From the NCBI GenBank assembly GCA_051294375.1, contig JBJCIZ010000353.1:1-57076 (forward strand): a stretch of 57,076 nt of DNA, in the 5' to 3' direction. The DNA comes from Paraspadella gotoi. Taxonomy: Eukaryota > Animalia > Chaetognatha. Shown piece by piece: positions 26,561 through 41,300 of this stretch. Numbering within the stretch: the stretch's first letter is position 1; every line of letters starts with the position of its first letter. Made by a program: the position numbers and the translations under genes. The notes beneath the pieces are model-generated. The model was not told where the DNA came from. It saw only the letters and a list, made by a program, of their open reading frames with translations, and did not search any database.

Positions 26561-26699
26561 TTTATTTTTCCTTTGCTCTAAACTCTTATCTTACTTTTTG
26601 TTTGTTTGTTTTCTGAGCTCTTTCTTTATTATATTTGTTTAGGGTTAAAAGATTTTAAGGTTAGTTATTCTACATGTATTTTTTGAATTTTATTCTTGA

Positions 26700-28600
26700 G
26701 GATAACAGGATTGGCAAACGACTCTGACAATATAATAATCACAATAACAAGGATATATGCAGCAATCACCAATAGTTATAAATTCAAAAATCAAGAAATC
26801 TATATTCAACTTTATCAAAAGTTCCTAATCGATACGAATAAAGAGATTTTTCGATGACTGCCATGTTGGTTTTCTCCATTATTTCAATCGGGTGGAATAA
26901 TATCCGATATGTTAGGTTCGAAATGACTAACAGCCGTTTTCGTACTTCAGAAAAGAGGTCCATTGTAAGTTGATTTTAAAAGTTTTTCCTTCGTAGATTG
27001 AAAGTAGATCTTCTGCTTCTCGAAGCTGTGCAATCGTATTATCGGGTCGCAAAAGAATTCGTATAGTTTATCTATCGGTCCTTTTTTAAAGTGTTTCTAG
27101 TTCTTTGAACGGGATTTGATTGAGATTTAGCAAAGATGGGTTCCTTTCATGCATTTGCAACAAATTTGACTTTCTTATTCATTGCTTACGAAATAAACGT
27201 CTTCACAAATCTTCGCATGCTTTCCTTTTTCAATTTCCATTTTAAACTTAATAGAATCATTTAATGAAATAAACAAATAATAAAAATTCATTTTAATTAA
27301 AATTGAACACAAATTAAATTTGACAAATATTTACAAAGTTTGGTTACATTTTTACATAAGTTATATCCAACATTAGGGGGCGGAACATCAGTCATGGCCA
27401 AAAAACACCATCACCAATCCATTGTACTCTAATCCTATCTCTTCATTCTTCTGCCTCATCTTTCTATTCAACACTTCTTTAATCGTATACCCCTTCTCTT
27501 CCACTCTTATCTTCTTACGTTCTCGTTGTTCGTCAGGTCTTCTCCACTGTGAATAGATGTCTTGTTTTATTCCACATTTGGAGTCGGATAATCCGTCTCG
27601 TTGAGTTCTAGTTAAAAAAAAATTTAAGAAAGTTTTAAAGAAAGTTAAAATTTTAAAAATTTAAAAAATCATTTTATTAAGAAAGGTTTCTTTACATCTC
27701 AATGAGAGCTTTCTACGTAGAGGCAGAAAATTTTCTGCGTTTTTCCTGGTGTTGCCGTTGTTTGCGGGCTGCGGACATGAAGAATCCCGCTCGACACAAG
27801 CTCCATTGAGATCGGGGGCATCATAGGCGATTTTCGAAAATTTAAAGTATTAAATTTTCTTCCCTCTCACCAGGTAAGAATTGAAATCTTCACCGATGAG
27901 GATTTGATGTACTCCTTAATTGCTGTTCTTTCACACTTTCTTAAAAACAACCATGTCTGGGACATGGTTGCGCGTCCTTCTTCCCAAAAGACTTCCAATC
28001 GATATTTACATCTATTAAATATAAATTTTTACAATAATATTTTAAATTCATACAGTTCGAGTAATTTCATTAAACGATCAAGAAAAATGAAGAAAAATGT
28101 TGATATTATCAAAACATTTTAACACGAAATGCACACTAAGATGTTCATGGGCATAATCCTCCAAGGAAATAAATATTCAAAACTTAGGCATTGTCTTTGA
28201 CCCAACAACGTAAGCGCTTAATCCTCACGGAAGTTCGCACTCGATTTTGGAAGTTGAGAACCGAATCGGCGTAAATGGAGGAGAAAATCCTTTAAGGATC
28301 TAACTATTTCTTCGATGTTCGCCTCAGATTTTCGACCGTCCATGTGAAAACACATGATGACTAATTCAATGTTTTGTCTTTTAAGATTACTGGTTTTCAA
28401 TGACTGCATCTTTGATAAAAGAAAATGGTTAATCCAGAGCAAAAGTGTGATAAACATCATCAACTTTTAAGTTTGTTAGCCTTGACATTTCCATGACATG
28501 AAACAAAAATTTAAAAAAGATATCACAGCGGATTGAGCATTAAGCACTAACAATTTTTAACAGCTTTTTGTTTTTACATATTTTTGTACATGATTTCATT
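26700..28600 (-). pseudogene. Two or three frameshifted accessory genes of unknown function
   Basis: Coding-like stretches on the - strand (MEIEKGKHAKICEDVYFVSNE from 27240; KMQSLKTSNLKRQNIELVIMCFHMDGRKSEANIEEIVRSLKDF at 28218-28463) within error-rich sequence. Confidence 0.35.
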
Positions 28601-28779
28601 TATACAGTTTGTTTTACATTTTGCCTACTGATTTATATTAAATTTTTAAAAAAAATAAAAAAAATCCCTATTATAATTAATAAAACAAAAAAAAATACTT
28701 AAGTTAAATATTACCCCCTTACCCAATTTTTACTCTTACCCAAACATCTTATAAACCCACCTCATCCCACCCCCACCAA

Positions 28780-31700
28780 AAGAGTCTACTCGATATTAAA
28801 ATCGTCATCGGTTTGTCATCGTAGTTGTTCGTTATTGGCGATGGAAGTGCGACGATTTCGCGCCGCGACTTCCAAAGCCCACCGCCGGTCTTCCGCAGTC
28901 GTCTCCAGCGGCCACCATGCCGATTCCACAGCCTCGACTACCGCAAAGCTACTGCTTCGCATGTTTTGCAGGAACGACCGAGAAGGCTTATTGGCGCCGA
29001 TGCCGCTCCTTCAATTTCTCCGCAACACTCTCTCGATGACGGCGTAGGCCGTGAAGGTCGTCCCCGACCGTCTCCCGCTTCCGTGGTCGCCACAGAGCCT
29101 CTTCCACCTCTTCTTCCTCCTCCTCCCTCACCTCCCACATCCCCTACCTACGAGCATGCGGGATTGAGGAGGGGTTAGGGGGAGAGCGAGAACCTCCCCC
29201 AGCCCACCTCGAACGGCCATCTCCAGATCGGAGTCGCCGCCCGCCGTCCTCGTTGTTTGGCGCTCAAGCGCCTTGCGCTGAAGAAAGCGAATGCATGAAC
29301 TTGGAAGACGGCGACGGCGACGAGGCCCCTAAGGCCGATACGATTCCGCAAAGACTGAATAAAAAAAGGGAAAAATTAGTTTGTTTTGGAAAATTGAAAT
29401 GAATAAAAAATATACAAAACATACCTGTTGCCCATCCCACTTGGGTTCGGGGAGATAGGCGAAGGAAGACGGACGAGGAAGAGAAGTAGAGAGAGGAGGT
29501 ATGAAGAGAATGAGGAAGACGTTGGTTGGAACTTAAAAAAAGATTTGACGTAAAAAAAATTTTAATAAATATAATGATAATTAAAAAACTATACTAAACA
29601 ACGCACCATTGAAAGAGCGGTGACGTGGCTTGCGACGGAGCGACGTTAAAGTCGTTGTAGTCGTCATTCCAGATGGCAGACGACCTCTCCGTCGCACCCA
29701 CCGTCCCCATTCCACGCCCCCGTCTCCCACGATGATGGCGCCAACCGTCACCAGTCGCCGTTGTCTTCGGCGCGTCAATCACGTCGACGCATCTCCGACG
29801 ACGAGGGCGCCGCATGCCACTGGCGAATCACCATCGCCGTTGCATCATCCATCTCGCATCGGGCCATCGTTCGTCAGCGCCCTACGTGTCGAGCGCCTCT
29901 GTCGTCGTCGGCGCCCTCGTCGGAGCACCCTCTGATGTCGGCGCCCTCGTTAGTCGGCCGCCCTCGTTGATGTCGGCGCCCTCAGTCGAAGTCGCGCCTC
30001 TGTCGTCGAACCCGTCGTTTCGGCGCCCTCTGTCGTCGTCGGCGCTCGTTCGTGCGGCGCCCTCTTCGCTCGTGTATGTCGGCGCCCTCTTGTACGTCGT
30101 CGGCGCTCTACGTCGTGCGTTGTCGGCAAGCCCTCGTCGCTCTGATTGTCAGGAAACGCCTCACGTCTCCGCCTCGTGTCGTGGCGCCCTCGTCAAGTCG
30201 CGGCGGCGCTCTCGTCGTCAGGGGCGTCTTCGTTGGGGCGGCGGCGGACGCCCTCTCGTCGTCGTCTCACCGTCGGGCGACCCCTCGTCATTCTTCGCCG
30301 TCATCATCGCCGTCGTCTTCGCCGTTGGCGCCGTCATCTTCGGCATCGCCGTGTCCGCCGTCGTCTTCGGCGATCGTCATTGGCGGCAGTTGTCGTCGTC
30401 TTCGGTGGCTTGCCCGCCCACCGACAGACTTGGTCGGCAATTTGATCCATCTGAGAAAACCAATATAAAAACGATTAAAAAACACAAAACTAAATAAAAT
30501 GTTTTTTTTTATTTTCTATATATTATGGGGTTCATACAGGAAATCTGCCGCACTCGTCGTGGGCTGTTTTTACAAGTCTCTCGTGACGTCTCTGTCGTTT
30601 GGCGCTTAACACGCGCACTCTGAATATAATCGGAGAAGTCCGGAGAATTCTAAAGAGAGAGAGAGACGAGAGAAAAAAAAAACAATTTTTAATTATTCTG
30701 ATAGAAAAATTTCACAAAAATTTTAACTTTGTTTTAACCTGAGACGGTCTCCGCTTTTTCTCGACCACCCCGGAAACGGAGAACACCACCAATATCGAGT
30801 CGCGGGAAGGAATAGATCTGTGTTCTCCTTCGAGGTCGAAGGACCTGACCCGAGTCATGCATCCAATGGGCGTATTGTCCACTTGAATGTGGTTCGTAAA
30901 CGTTCCGTTAATTCTCACAGGTGAGATTGACGAAGGTACGAACCGTTCGCCCTCTTCTCTCTTGCATCCTAATAATTTCTTCCACCGCGCCGTCCCACTC
31001 CGCGTATAACCCCTTATTTCTCTTTGGATCTGGTGTGGTTGTGAATAATTTTGTGTTCTGGTAGTGATTGTGGTTGAGGTGAGTTGTGCTCGAGTCTGCG
31101 GGAATGCGTTTGTTGTGATTGTGATTGTGGTTGAAAAGTTGATATCGGGAAGTTTGGATACGATCTGATGTATTCCTGCATGGTGGTGGATAGTATTGAA
31201 GGTACAATTCCTGTAATTTTATTGTTTCTATCAAAATGTCTTATTAATGTCCTCGAATGTAATTAGTTAAAAAGTTGGAGATCTTATGCCTTTCAACCTT
31301 TGGTATCGCTGTTGCTTGCTTGTCGCCGCCACTCCGCTTCCCAGCGTCCCACCGTTGTGGTTGTGGTTGCTGCTGCTGCTCGGCTGTATGTTGGAATGGG
31401 GGCAGCGACCCCCCCAACAAACTCCCCCAACCGGGGCAATGACGAAGGTTGGTGGGGTCATCCCCGGCAGCGTCATGTTGTACGAATTCTGATTAGGAAA
31501 AAAATGTTGTAAATTTATTCTTAAAAAAACATTTTAAATTAAAAAAAAATAATTTACACTACATCCTAGACCAATCAGGCTATTTACGCCTCACCGATAA
31601 ATTGGTTGGCACCTCGCCATTACATCCCTAATCACGATCGAGCATTAATAAAAAAAGGGGACGTGGAGAAAAGGGTAAAAAAGAGAAAAAGGAAAAAAAA

Positions 31701-32007
31701 TTAAAAATCCACATTTTTGCAGTAATTCATATTTTAAATAAAAAACTTTATATACTATTACACGTAACATTCGGTTCTCCGGCACCCCGCTGAAGCATTT
31801 GTACAATTCTAAAAAACCCAAAAAAATTAAAATAAAAAGACTAGATTATTTTAAATTCAATTTAAAAAAATTATTTAAAAATCAATACCTGTAAATAATT
31901 CCGTTTCCGTTGGAGACGGATTGGGAGGGGGTACGTGCCCCCACACCCCACGTAGAGATCAGAGAGAGAAGAGAAAACACTACCATTGTAGTACGAATCG
32001 TCGCCAT
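28780..32007 (-). CDS. Multi-exon putative type I membrane glycoprotein with a mucin-like Thr/Ala/Pro stalk (frameshifted by probable read errors)
   Basis: Exon 1 (32007-31889) encodes the signal-peptide-like MATIRTTMVVFSLLSLISTWGVGA and ends AG|gtattg. Thr-rich exons and TRAPT/TEAP-type repeats follow at 29880-30260. A hydrophobic exon at 29531-29425 is bounded by ag and gtatg. Confidence 0.55.
29880..30270 (-). repeat. Imperfect short coding tandem repeats (TCGTCGGCGCCCTC on +)
   Basis: More than ten imperfect copies. The reverse complement reads ACG-AGG-GCG-CCG-ACG (T-R-A-P-T) in one frame. Confidence 0.8.
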
Positions 32008-32379
32008 TTTCAAGAGAGAGGAGAGAGACGAGAGAGAGAGAGGATGAAGACGTGAGTGAGTGAGCTGAGAAGTGGAGAGAGCAAGAGGAGAGAGAGAAGA
32101 GTCCAAAAATTTTTTTGAGAATAATATAACACTAAAAAAAAATTGAACGTATAAAAAACCTCGAGTGAAAAAAAATGACTTAAAACAATTTTCACAAATT
32201 AAAAAACAAAAAAAAATATTATTTTCTCCTTTTCTCTAATTGAACTTAGTTTCACTTTTTTTTCGTATAATTATTTTAAAGTAAAAAAATAATAAATTTT
32301 ATTAGTTTTTTTTAAAAAAAGAGACATTTTTTTTTAAAAGTGACATTGCTATTTTTTAACTAAAAACGAAAAAAAAACA

Positions 32380-35300
32380 TGATTTCAAAGATACGAAAAC
32401 GAATCTATGAGCATTGCTTAGCTGAAACGAAAAAAGCTAACTACTATTAGATCGAATCAAGATGCCGTTTAAAGGGTATAAAAAGGAGATACTGAATTAT
32501 TAAACTATGATTTTGGGTTAACGCTGGCTTAATTTTTTATTTACTTTGGAAAACAAATGAATTGTCACAGAAGGAAACGAGAACATTCGAGCTACGATTT
32601 TAAGCATTTCGACTCCTTTTCTATGTTGTGAGTAAAAAATTAAGTAAATAAAATTATATTATTTAAATTAATTTATATTATAGAAGGGTGGCGGGTAGCT
32701 CTAATACGGAAAGACTCATAAAATTTAAGCACTTATTTAAATACATCGGATCAATTAGTGGATAAACCCACCTGGACCGCATAATTTATTTTTATTCCGA
32801 GTGGAATAAAGCTTTCGAAAACAAAGAATTTTTGCCCACGTTGATTTTCGTCAGGGAATCGATACCAGCGTAGTAGAACCAAGAAAATTTAAAAGATACA
32901 AATCACTTACTCTTTAAATTATTGACGACCTATATAAATATATTCCTAGTTTATGGATCGAAGATTTGTATTGTAAAGATATTCATCATAGAATGGTTAG
33001 CGCCCATCAACCCACAATTCACAACATCTTCGAGAAAAATATTCCCGTCTCCTTTCGTAAAATAAGTGCCTAAATTCTCATTTTTATTAATCACCGTTTT
33101 TAAGAGAATCGTTCGACGTATTTATAAAATTGTCTCAACAATTTTCCTCCACAATGTCCTAGCCTAATATACGAGGCCAACATCAAAATTTCAATATATA
33201 AAACCCGCACCTATGGATATTTGTTATTAAATTTTTCAAACTATACTTGCCCGGAAAAATTAAAGAATAACTACCAACGTATTTACCAGACGACCCGGGA
33301 GATCCAGTGGCTATACTTGGAAGCGACATTGATCGATCGAAAAAAGGAAAGGACGACGCACGAGGAGGCGTGGGTAATTAGAGAGAGACGAAAGATGGCG
33401 AGGCGCCGCTTGGAAGTCAGTATACCTGAATTAAAACATTTAAACGGTTTAAGGATCTAAACATCAAAAAAATTATATTCAATCTTCAAAATCTAAAAAC
33501 TTAATTTTTACTTTGGCCGGGTGGCTCATAATCTGTTGGTTCTAATATTAAATAATCAAGATTTGATAAACAAACTGAAACCATATAAAAAGCAAATACA
33601 TATTATCTATCTCGTCAATCGATTTCTCCTAAAAAAAAGAGCGGCATTTGCTCAGACGGGGAAAGTTTTTGAACCTTGCTTTCCTTCTTTTGCCTTCTTT
33701 GGAGTTACTGTTATCCGTCGTCGAACTGCAAACTCGAAATAAAAACAAAAGCTCAAAACAAAAAATAATGAGTCATAATTTAAAAAACGACGAGGTTACC
33801 GACCGCCTATGAAATATTTAGAAAAATTATATTTGGTTCCTGCCAATCATTATTTATCTAAATTTAAAGAAAAAGAAAATAAAATTTAGACGAGATTAAA
33901 AAAGAATCCAACACATTACCCACGAACATAAGCGAATCGGGTCGTCAAGATGTCCCCCCCGATGTTAAAAATTAGAGAATTTAAACGAACGAATTTATCA
34001 GAATATAAAAGGTTAAACGAAAATAGAAACTTCTAAAGAATGACTCAGTTACATCAGAGAATTGCATCCTATTATTCAAATTTAAGGAATAACCGAAGAG
34101 AAAATTATAAATAAAATATGGATAAAATTAAAATTAAATCCGTACGAAGAGAAAATTTTAAAAGTGAATAGATGAAATACCGAGCCGAAAGGTTCACCGC
34201 ACCGATTCCGACTTTGATATTTTGAGGTAACTTGATTGGCAAACGAACGAAATTTAATCGATCAGCTAATTAGTTCCGGTTCTACTTCTTCCATTCGCAG
34301 ATTCACACTAATTATTTTGGATAATTATATCACGGAAAAATAGATAAACCATTATCGGCAACTAGCGAGCGAGAAAAAACCCTCGACACCCCTCGCGCCC
34401 TACGCCAACTACTCCGGACTGTCCGCTAAGAAAAAACTTTGGCTTCCGTTCGAAAAAAAAACCCCTTCCGTTTTAACTTCTAAAACCCCTAGGATAGAAA
34501 AAAAAACCTGTCTTAGACACCTCTGGCTCGCCTATAAAAAGAGAAAAAGGCCCCGCCACTTTCTGCCGTTTTACCCGGAGTAAAAAACAATGACAACAAC
34601 ACAAAGATAAAAAAAAAAAGAGGATGACGACGAAAACGACCTCGACTCCCCCGCCCGTCTACAAAGGAGTCTTTGACTGACGAAGTTAAAGAATCGATTT
34701 TAAAAAAAAATGTATTATAGCCCAAGATCATGCCCGGCCTCATTTGGTGCGTGGCATTTTGTATAGATATGCCAAATTAAAAAAACCTAAATTTAAAAAA
34801 AGAGAGAGTGAAGGACTTTCTCTCAAAACAAAATACTTATACTTTGTTTAAAACAAATCGCGGGTTTCACCCTAAACATTATCAATCGACTAATAAAATT
34901 AGTTTTTAAACGAAGTATTGGGCCGCGGAATTTAGTAGACGTGGGCACCCTAAAACCATACGGGGAAACCCTATACTTTTTTCTTGTCCATCGTCGATCA
35001 GTTTGTCTTTGTTTGTTTTGCTCGCAGCTCAGAAACAAAACGGCGGCAGAGGTTGCGGCCGCGTTTCGATTCGGTGTATCGAAGCTTAATAATCACGTGG
35101 ACCTGCATGCGGATGCATTTAGATTCTGGTTACGGAATTCTTCAACAAAAAGTTAAAAAATTAATGACAGAATATGAAATTGAGATTGTACACGATTACG
35201 ATAAGAAAGCTATTTGATAGAAAATTGGAATTATCAAATTGAAAAAAAATTTGTTATAAAGCTTGTTACGCTTTAAAAAATCTATAATTGGCCTAAAATT

Positions 35301-38300
35301 TTACCCTTGGTAATTTTATCATTAAACTTAAAAAAAACGAAAGGCTTGGGATGGCTCTCGCCTTTTCAAGCCACCTACCCAAAATTTGAACCTTATCTCA
35401 GACAAAAATATTCAAAAGGACTTGCGTCAACATAAAAAAATTTAAAGATATTTAAGTATGACATTAACAAGGAGATTTTGGTAAGAATAAAGTTAGGTCC
35501 TAAAGCCTTTAAAAGGAGATACACCAGAGTTTTTGAAACGAGGTTCTCATTTGGTCAAGATCATTACGGAACTCAAGATTGTACATTTTAGAAGGAAAAA
35601 AAGAAAAATATTATTCTTGGCAATTGCAAAACAGATCAAATAAATCGCGGAAAGAAACGAGGATTTTTCAACTCGGTCTTAAACTAAGTATATAAATAAC
35701 CACTTAAGACGGGTAAAAAGTTGGAGGGAACTAAACTTTACCTTACGCAAAACCGGCCAACGAAGAGAGAAAAGCTTAATTGGTTAACTAAAAAAAACAA
35801 TTAGATAATCATCAAAGAATGTTAGAAACTACGCAAGTCCAGTAATGTCGGACTGACTCGGCTAAAAGATTCAAAAAATTCTCTCATTCTGAATTAGAAA
35901 CGCCTTGCCCGAACCCATCATTTTAAATAGGAATTACGAAGTAGACCTTGTTACAAATTAAGCCTCATCACTCGTCTTTTTAACATAGAGAAGCAAGGGC
36001 GAATTATCACAAAGTGGTAATATGGTCGATTGGTTGCACGAAATTCAACATCCTTTGATTCCACAATTAAAATTTTTACGGAGAAATAATGAATTTTAAT
36101 AAAAACCCGGCCATTACGACAAAGCGGAAATATTAATTTCAAGTATAAACGAAGTGTATTTGGAAAGCCGTTCCTAGATTAAAAGACCAACCGATTTTAG
36201 AATTTATGAAATTAGCAGATAGTTATTTTATGTTAGCGATAAGTATATACTTCTCAGACTGTACGGAGCCATGTGTTTGTTGGGAGCCCCGTGGGTGAAC
36301 TAGAAGACGGATATTTATTTTACTCTGGGAAAGATAAAGGACCCAGGCGTCGTTAAGCTACGACTATCCAAGTACGACTATAGAGGAACCCAGTTTTAGA
36401 TAAAGATCGGTGACGTTGTGATCGAACAAGAGATTATTGGCAGACACCTTGCAATCGCCGTGATTTTAAAAAGTGACGCGGTTAAAACCGATCGATTTTT
36501 TTCAATCCAAATAGTGGAATTTTAATTTCCGTCTTGGCCAATTTCTGTTCCGAAGTGCAGATGTGGATCACGGGAGTTTCCTATTTCAAATTTGTTTAAG
36601 AACGGTTCAGATAAAACGACAACAAAATTTGGTGGAGACAAGAATTTTACTTTTAAAGAATATAATCTACCATTCCCAGTTGTCTAAATCGTTTCATAGG
36701 ACAATTATTCCATTTCGATCCGGAGACATGCGCGGAAGATTTAAACCAGAAGTTGAGAGCGGGCCTACCATGTCACGTTGGCGTTTCCCCGGTTTAGAAA
36801 TAGTATATAAACAATCACGATCGACGGAACGAATTCTTGTACGATCGATCGGCAAAATGATTCATACGATTAAATTACCTTTAAACACTTGCCTCCCTAT
36901 CTCCAATTACCATTCAACCCGCGACCCCCCTCAAAAACATTATCTAACCTTACAAAGGGGCACGGGAGCGAATTATCTGCGGACTTATTTTCAAAGTTAT
37001 TTTTAGATTTATCAAACCCTTATCAGCTCAATCGACCCAAGGGAATCCCAACCGGCTTTAAAAACTGGCAAAAACCCATAGCAAAAAGGGTGGCTGGCGG
37101 ATTCTGTTACAACGGCCTAGTTCGTCTGCCGGCAGTCGGTGGTCTTTAACGGATCCCTTATTTCTAAGAAGGGAAAAGAGCCTAAAAGAATCTTTGAAAA
37201 AAGCGGTAGAACGGGAAAAACCCAACGTGAAGGCCGCTTTAAAAAGGGGGCGGATAGCTTTTGATGCGACTCATTGACCAAAGATAAACCTATAAAAGTA
37301 AAAACGTGCGAAGAAAACTGTTCATCAAAAAGGGAAAAGGAAAAAGAAAAAGAAAGAATAAAAAGAAGAAAATAAACTCCTCGGATATAAAATATTACGG
37401 CTTAAAATTAACAAAAGGGAGGAAAAAACAAACAACATGCGAGAAAGATAAAATGGTACCGCCCCCCTGGATTTCAAGCACCCAAGAAGTATAACTATGA
37501 GGGCATCGACATGTTTACTCCCCAGATTTTAAAGCAATATGAGATTTGGGGACAAAAGTCGAATCCATTTATAGCTCTACTCCCATCACAGAAAGCTCTG
37601 ATCGGTGATATCCTTTGAGGTGGCCCCATCATCTATGTTACACGGACTTGGCATCTCTCGATGATATCAAGTGGATTTGTCTTTGGTTCAAGCTGATGGA
37701 CGTAATTACCGACCTTTTACGGCGCCCAGGAGCCAGATCGTGTTGGGAACAGCTCGGGTTCGGAAGACGGGATTGCTTCCTCGATATTTTTCTAGTTTAG
37801 TTTTCGGGCAACGGGGATCAACATTATGCGCATTCGTTACAATACTACCCCTATTCTATAGCCATTTATATCAACATGTTGTATTATGGAAGAGATTTAA
37901 GACAATAAACTGCGAATGCAAAGGATATTTTGGAGATAGAGAATTTGACAAGAATTCGCGCGCACTCCCGGCTCCGCCTCTTCGTTTAAAGAGACAGAGG
38001 CCTCTTTAACGCGCCGAAAGTCGCACCCATACGCCTATTTGGCACACGTTCCGACCAGCATTAACCACACCAGTCAAAATTTTTAATACAATAGACGACG
38101 CTTCACCTAGACTTTGTAAAATAAATTTTAATTTTGCTTGTAGGTCAGATGCGGAAAATGCCGATTCAATACAAAATTAAGATCGAACAGATGAAAACTT
38201 TGGTCAGACGGATTGACGTAGATTCCGTTTTAAAGATTTCAATTAGAGCAAGAAATAAATAGCAAAGGAGGAGTGTTATATGGTTCTAAAATTATGACTT

Positions 38301-41300
38301 GTCGACCCTATGTTCATAAATCAAAATGCCAGAGCGATCATATACTTTGATGGAATTTTATAAACAACTTAAAAACCCAATAGCATAATAGTCGCCTTAG
38401 TGACATCAAACCGCGTTTTTGGGGGCGGCCGATAAAAGCCTTTCGAATTTGGCCACTTTCAATCTTGAATCTCTCAAGTTGACCATCGACAATGTGGTTT
38501 TGCCGTTTCCATCCGGTTTGGAGAATTTGGATATAAAAAATAAAAATACGGAATCGGCTTACTGGACGTTGATCAATCAAACATTTCAAGTACAACAGTC
38601 TTGTCCGATTTCTATACGACGATTCGCTCAACTGGATTAGCGATTTACTCTCTAGAAACGGGGAGTTATAAAGCTTTTTAGACGTACCACGACGAACCCG
38701 TTTCTGTTGCACATCGAGATGTAGAAATAAATTTTACAAAAGACTCTTCAAACCCTGCCCTCGTATTATTATTTGTTAACCGAAATAAGCCGGTGAATTT
38801 TATTTCTAATTACTTCGAGAACATATCATGGATTATGAATCTGATATCATCATCATCATCATCATCATATGTAATTCTTCTAGCCATACGATAAAATTTT
38901 GGGAAACAGAATCTTCGCCAAGAAATATTTTTTAGGGAAGTCACCGAGCGACGATTTGCCCCTCCCTACCGATTCAGTTTGCGCCAATCACCGCCAATCA
39001 CTCGGCATCCCGCATCCTTGGGGTTCCCATTGGAGCACATTTTTACTTCTTCTTCCGGATAAAGTGGTGTACTTCGACCCCTCGGCTTCCTCTCCTCTCG
39101 TATAATCCCCAGTTCGAAAAGTTATTTAAAGGACAACGTTCCGCATCCAAGCCCATTTACTTTAACAACTTTAAGCTGCAAAACGATTATTCCGCGACTT
39201 GTGAAATCACAATATATTTATTCGTTCTTATATTCCGCGCGAAATTATTCTCTGAAAGAGATTTTGGAAAGAAAGTCTACGACGATAAAGGTGAAAAAAC
39301 ACTCGAAAAATCCCTGGTATTTCAGACGCCTTAGTTTGGTCGGTGATGCTCAGCGCCTTTGAAGCGGGATCCCACGCCTTTGGTCAACGAGGAAGCCTTT
39401 CCCTTTTTTTAAAAAAAGTATAAAAGAAGAAGAATAGAGAGAAAAAATTCACTGTGTCCGCAAAAAGAATCTCCTTTTCCATTGGCGGAAAGTAAATAAT
39501 AATCTGTTAATATTCGAAGAAGAAGAAGACTTCTGGAAGCCTCAGTTAGCCGTCGGCACCATCGACTCGATCAACTCTACCGAAAGACTCGGGCCGTCTC
39601 CGAAAACGATGGTCAAGCGAGGAGGGGAAGGAGGAGGAGAAGATCGCGTTCCCGTTGTTGCTCATGCCATGCGCTCGTTGTCAAGGGAACAGGAAGACGC
39701 CACGCCGCAGGGACGCCCACGAAAGAAGAAGATCGGAAATGATTGGTGAGAAGTGGGCGCAGCAATGGCGGAAAGGAGACAGAGGACGAAAGAGGACCCG
39801 AGGTGCATCCACAATGTCCAAGGGATTAACAGGATCTGATGGCCTCGAGCCCAATGGCCGTTCCGTCACGACTCAAAATTGGAGCTTATATCGGCGCAAT
39901 TTGCGAACAATTGAGAACATCAAACGACTAATATCGGACGAGGAAAACGCCACGCCCAACACACGATCAAGAGGATAGAGAAAAAGAAGAGATGAGGATA
40001 AAACAAAAAATTACATAATAAAATGAAATTTAAAAAAACTTAAAAACCTTCGCACCCACTTATTTTTTTTATTTACACGATTGACTAAGAAAAAGAAGAG
40101 AAAAAAAAAAGAGAAAAAAATATGGTTCCGACGGCGTTTATATATCCTTTGAGCCCTAAGACGAGGTGGTCTACGACGATTCCCTGTGCCTATTTCATCA
40201 CTCTTCTTAAAAGATAATGGAATCGCAGCAAAGACAAAGTAACGTATCGTGGAGAGAATGGAAAAACTTTGAATTTCAAGGAAACGAAATCGACCGCGGA
40301 CTTGCGCAGAGTTGAGATGAAGAAATGCAACAATGGTCCGACGCAGCCCAAAGGAGAACGCTTTCCAATCCGACTCAAAATCTGATTCACGTCAATCATT
40401 TCTACGAGGCAAAAACTGACTCCGGCCATCACGTTAAGAGCCTGTCTTAGAACGAAAACGCAACAAAATCTTCGCAAGAATAACACGAGGCGACGAGCGA
40501 AAGTCGTGAAGAGACGGAACCCCTCAGTAGCAACCGGCAAGGTGACCTTGGACGCGGAAGAATTCAAGACTTAGCGCTTTTTCACGAGCGTCATAACGCG
40601 TCACATATCGGAAACGTGAAACGCGAACTTTTTTGCTGTCAGGCTGAAAACGTGGAATTCAGGTGATACGCGCAAGTAGAAAATCAAGGTTCATTGCTCG
40701 ATAAACGGAGGATCCGTTTTGGGGATCGACTAACGATGCAGTTGGTTAATCAAATTTACCCCACACCGACGTTATAAATTCTACCATCGTCCTCCCTCCT
40801 CAATTTAATCATCATCATCGATAAAGAAAGAAGAAGAAGAAGAAAAAAAAAAAAGTACTAATAATAAAATAATATCAACAAAAAAGATGAATCGAAAAGA
40901 GCTTCCCTTCCCTTCTACCGAGATCCCAACCGTACCTTAATAGCTCAGCCGTGTGTCGCCGCTGTCCATTTTTCTGACGTCCGAGGTGGTTGAAGTGCTG
41001 GGAAGGCGGGGCTGTCAGCGAAAGAAAGCGGAAGAAACTGCCCTACGTTCAGCGAAAGAAGAGATGCGTTAGAGACCCAAGGAGGAAGACGTGGTAGGGG
41101 GCTGCCGCAGAATGATGCCGAAATCGAAGAGGCGATGGAAGGAGTGGATCCGAAGAAGGAAATGGGGAAAGGGAAGAGAAGATGGAGGAGGAGCAAAGAG
41201 GGGAACGAAGAAGACTCGGTCGAATGCGGACTGGAAAGTTGGACGAAACTCTTGTTTCGGGATGCCGCAAAGTTTGAAGAAAGCAAACGGTCCGCTTCGC

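Noticed and set aside
29581-30497. Overlapping + strand ORFs (227, 138, 101 aa etc.)
   Set aside because: Stop-poor frames of a GC-rich repeat; splice signals and the signal peptide point to the - strand gene.
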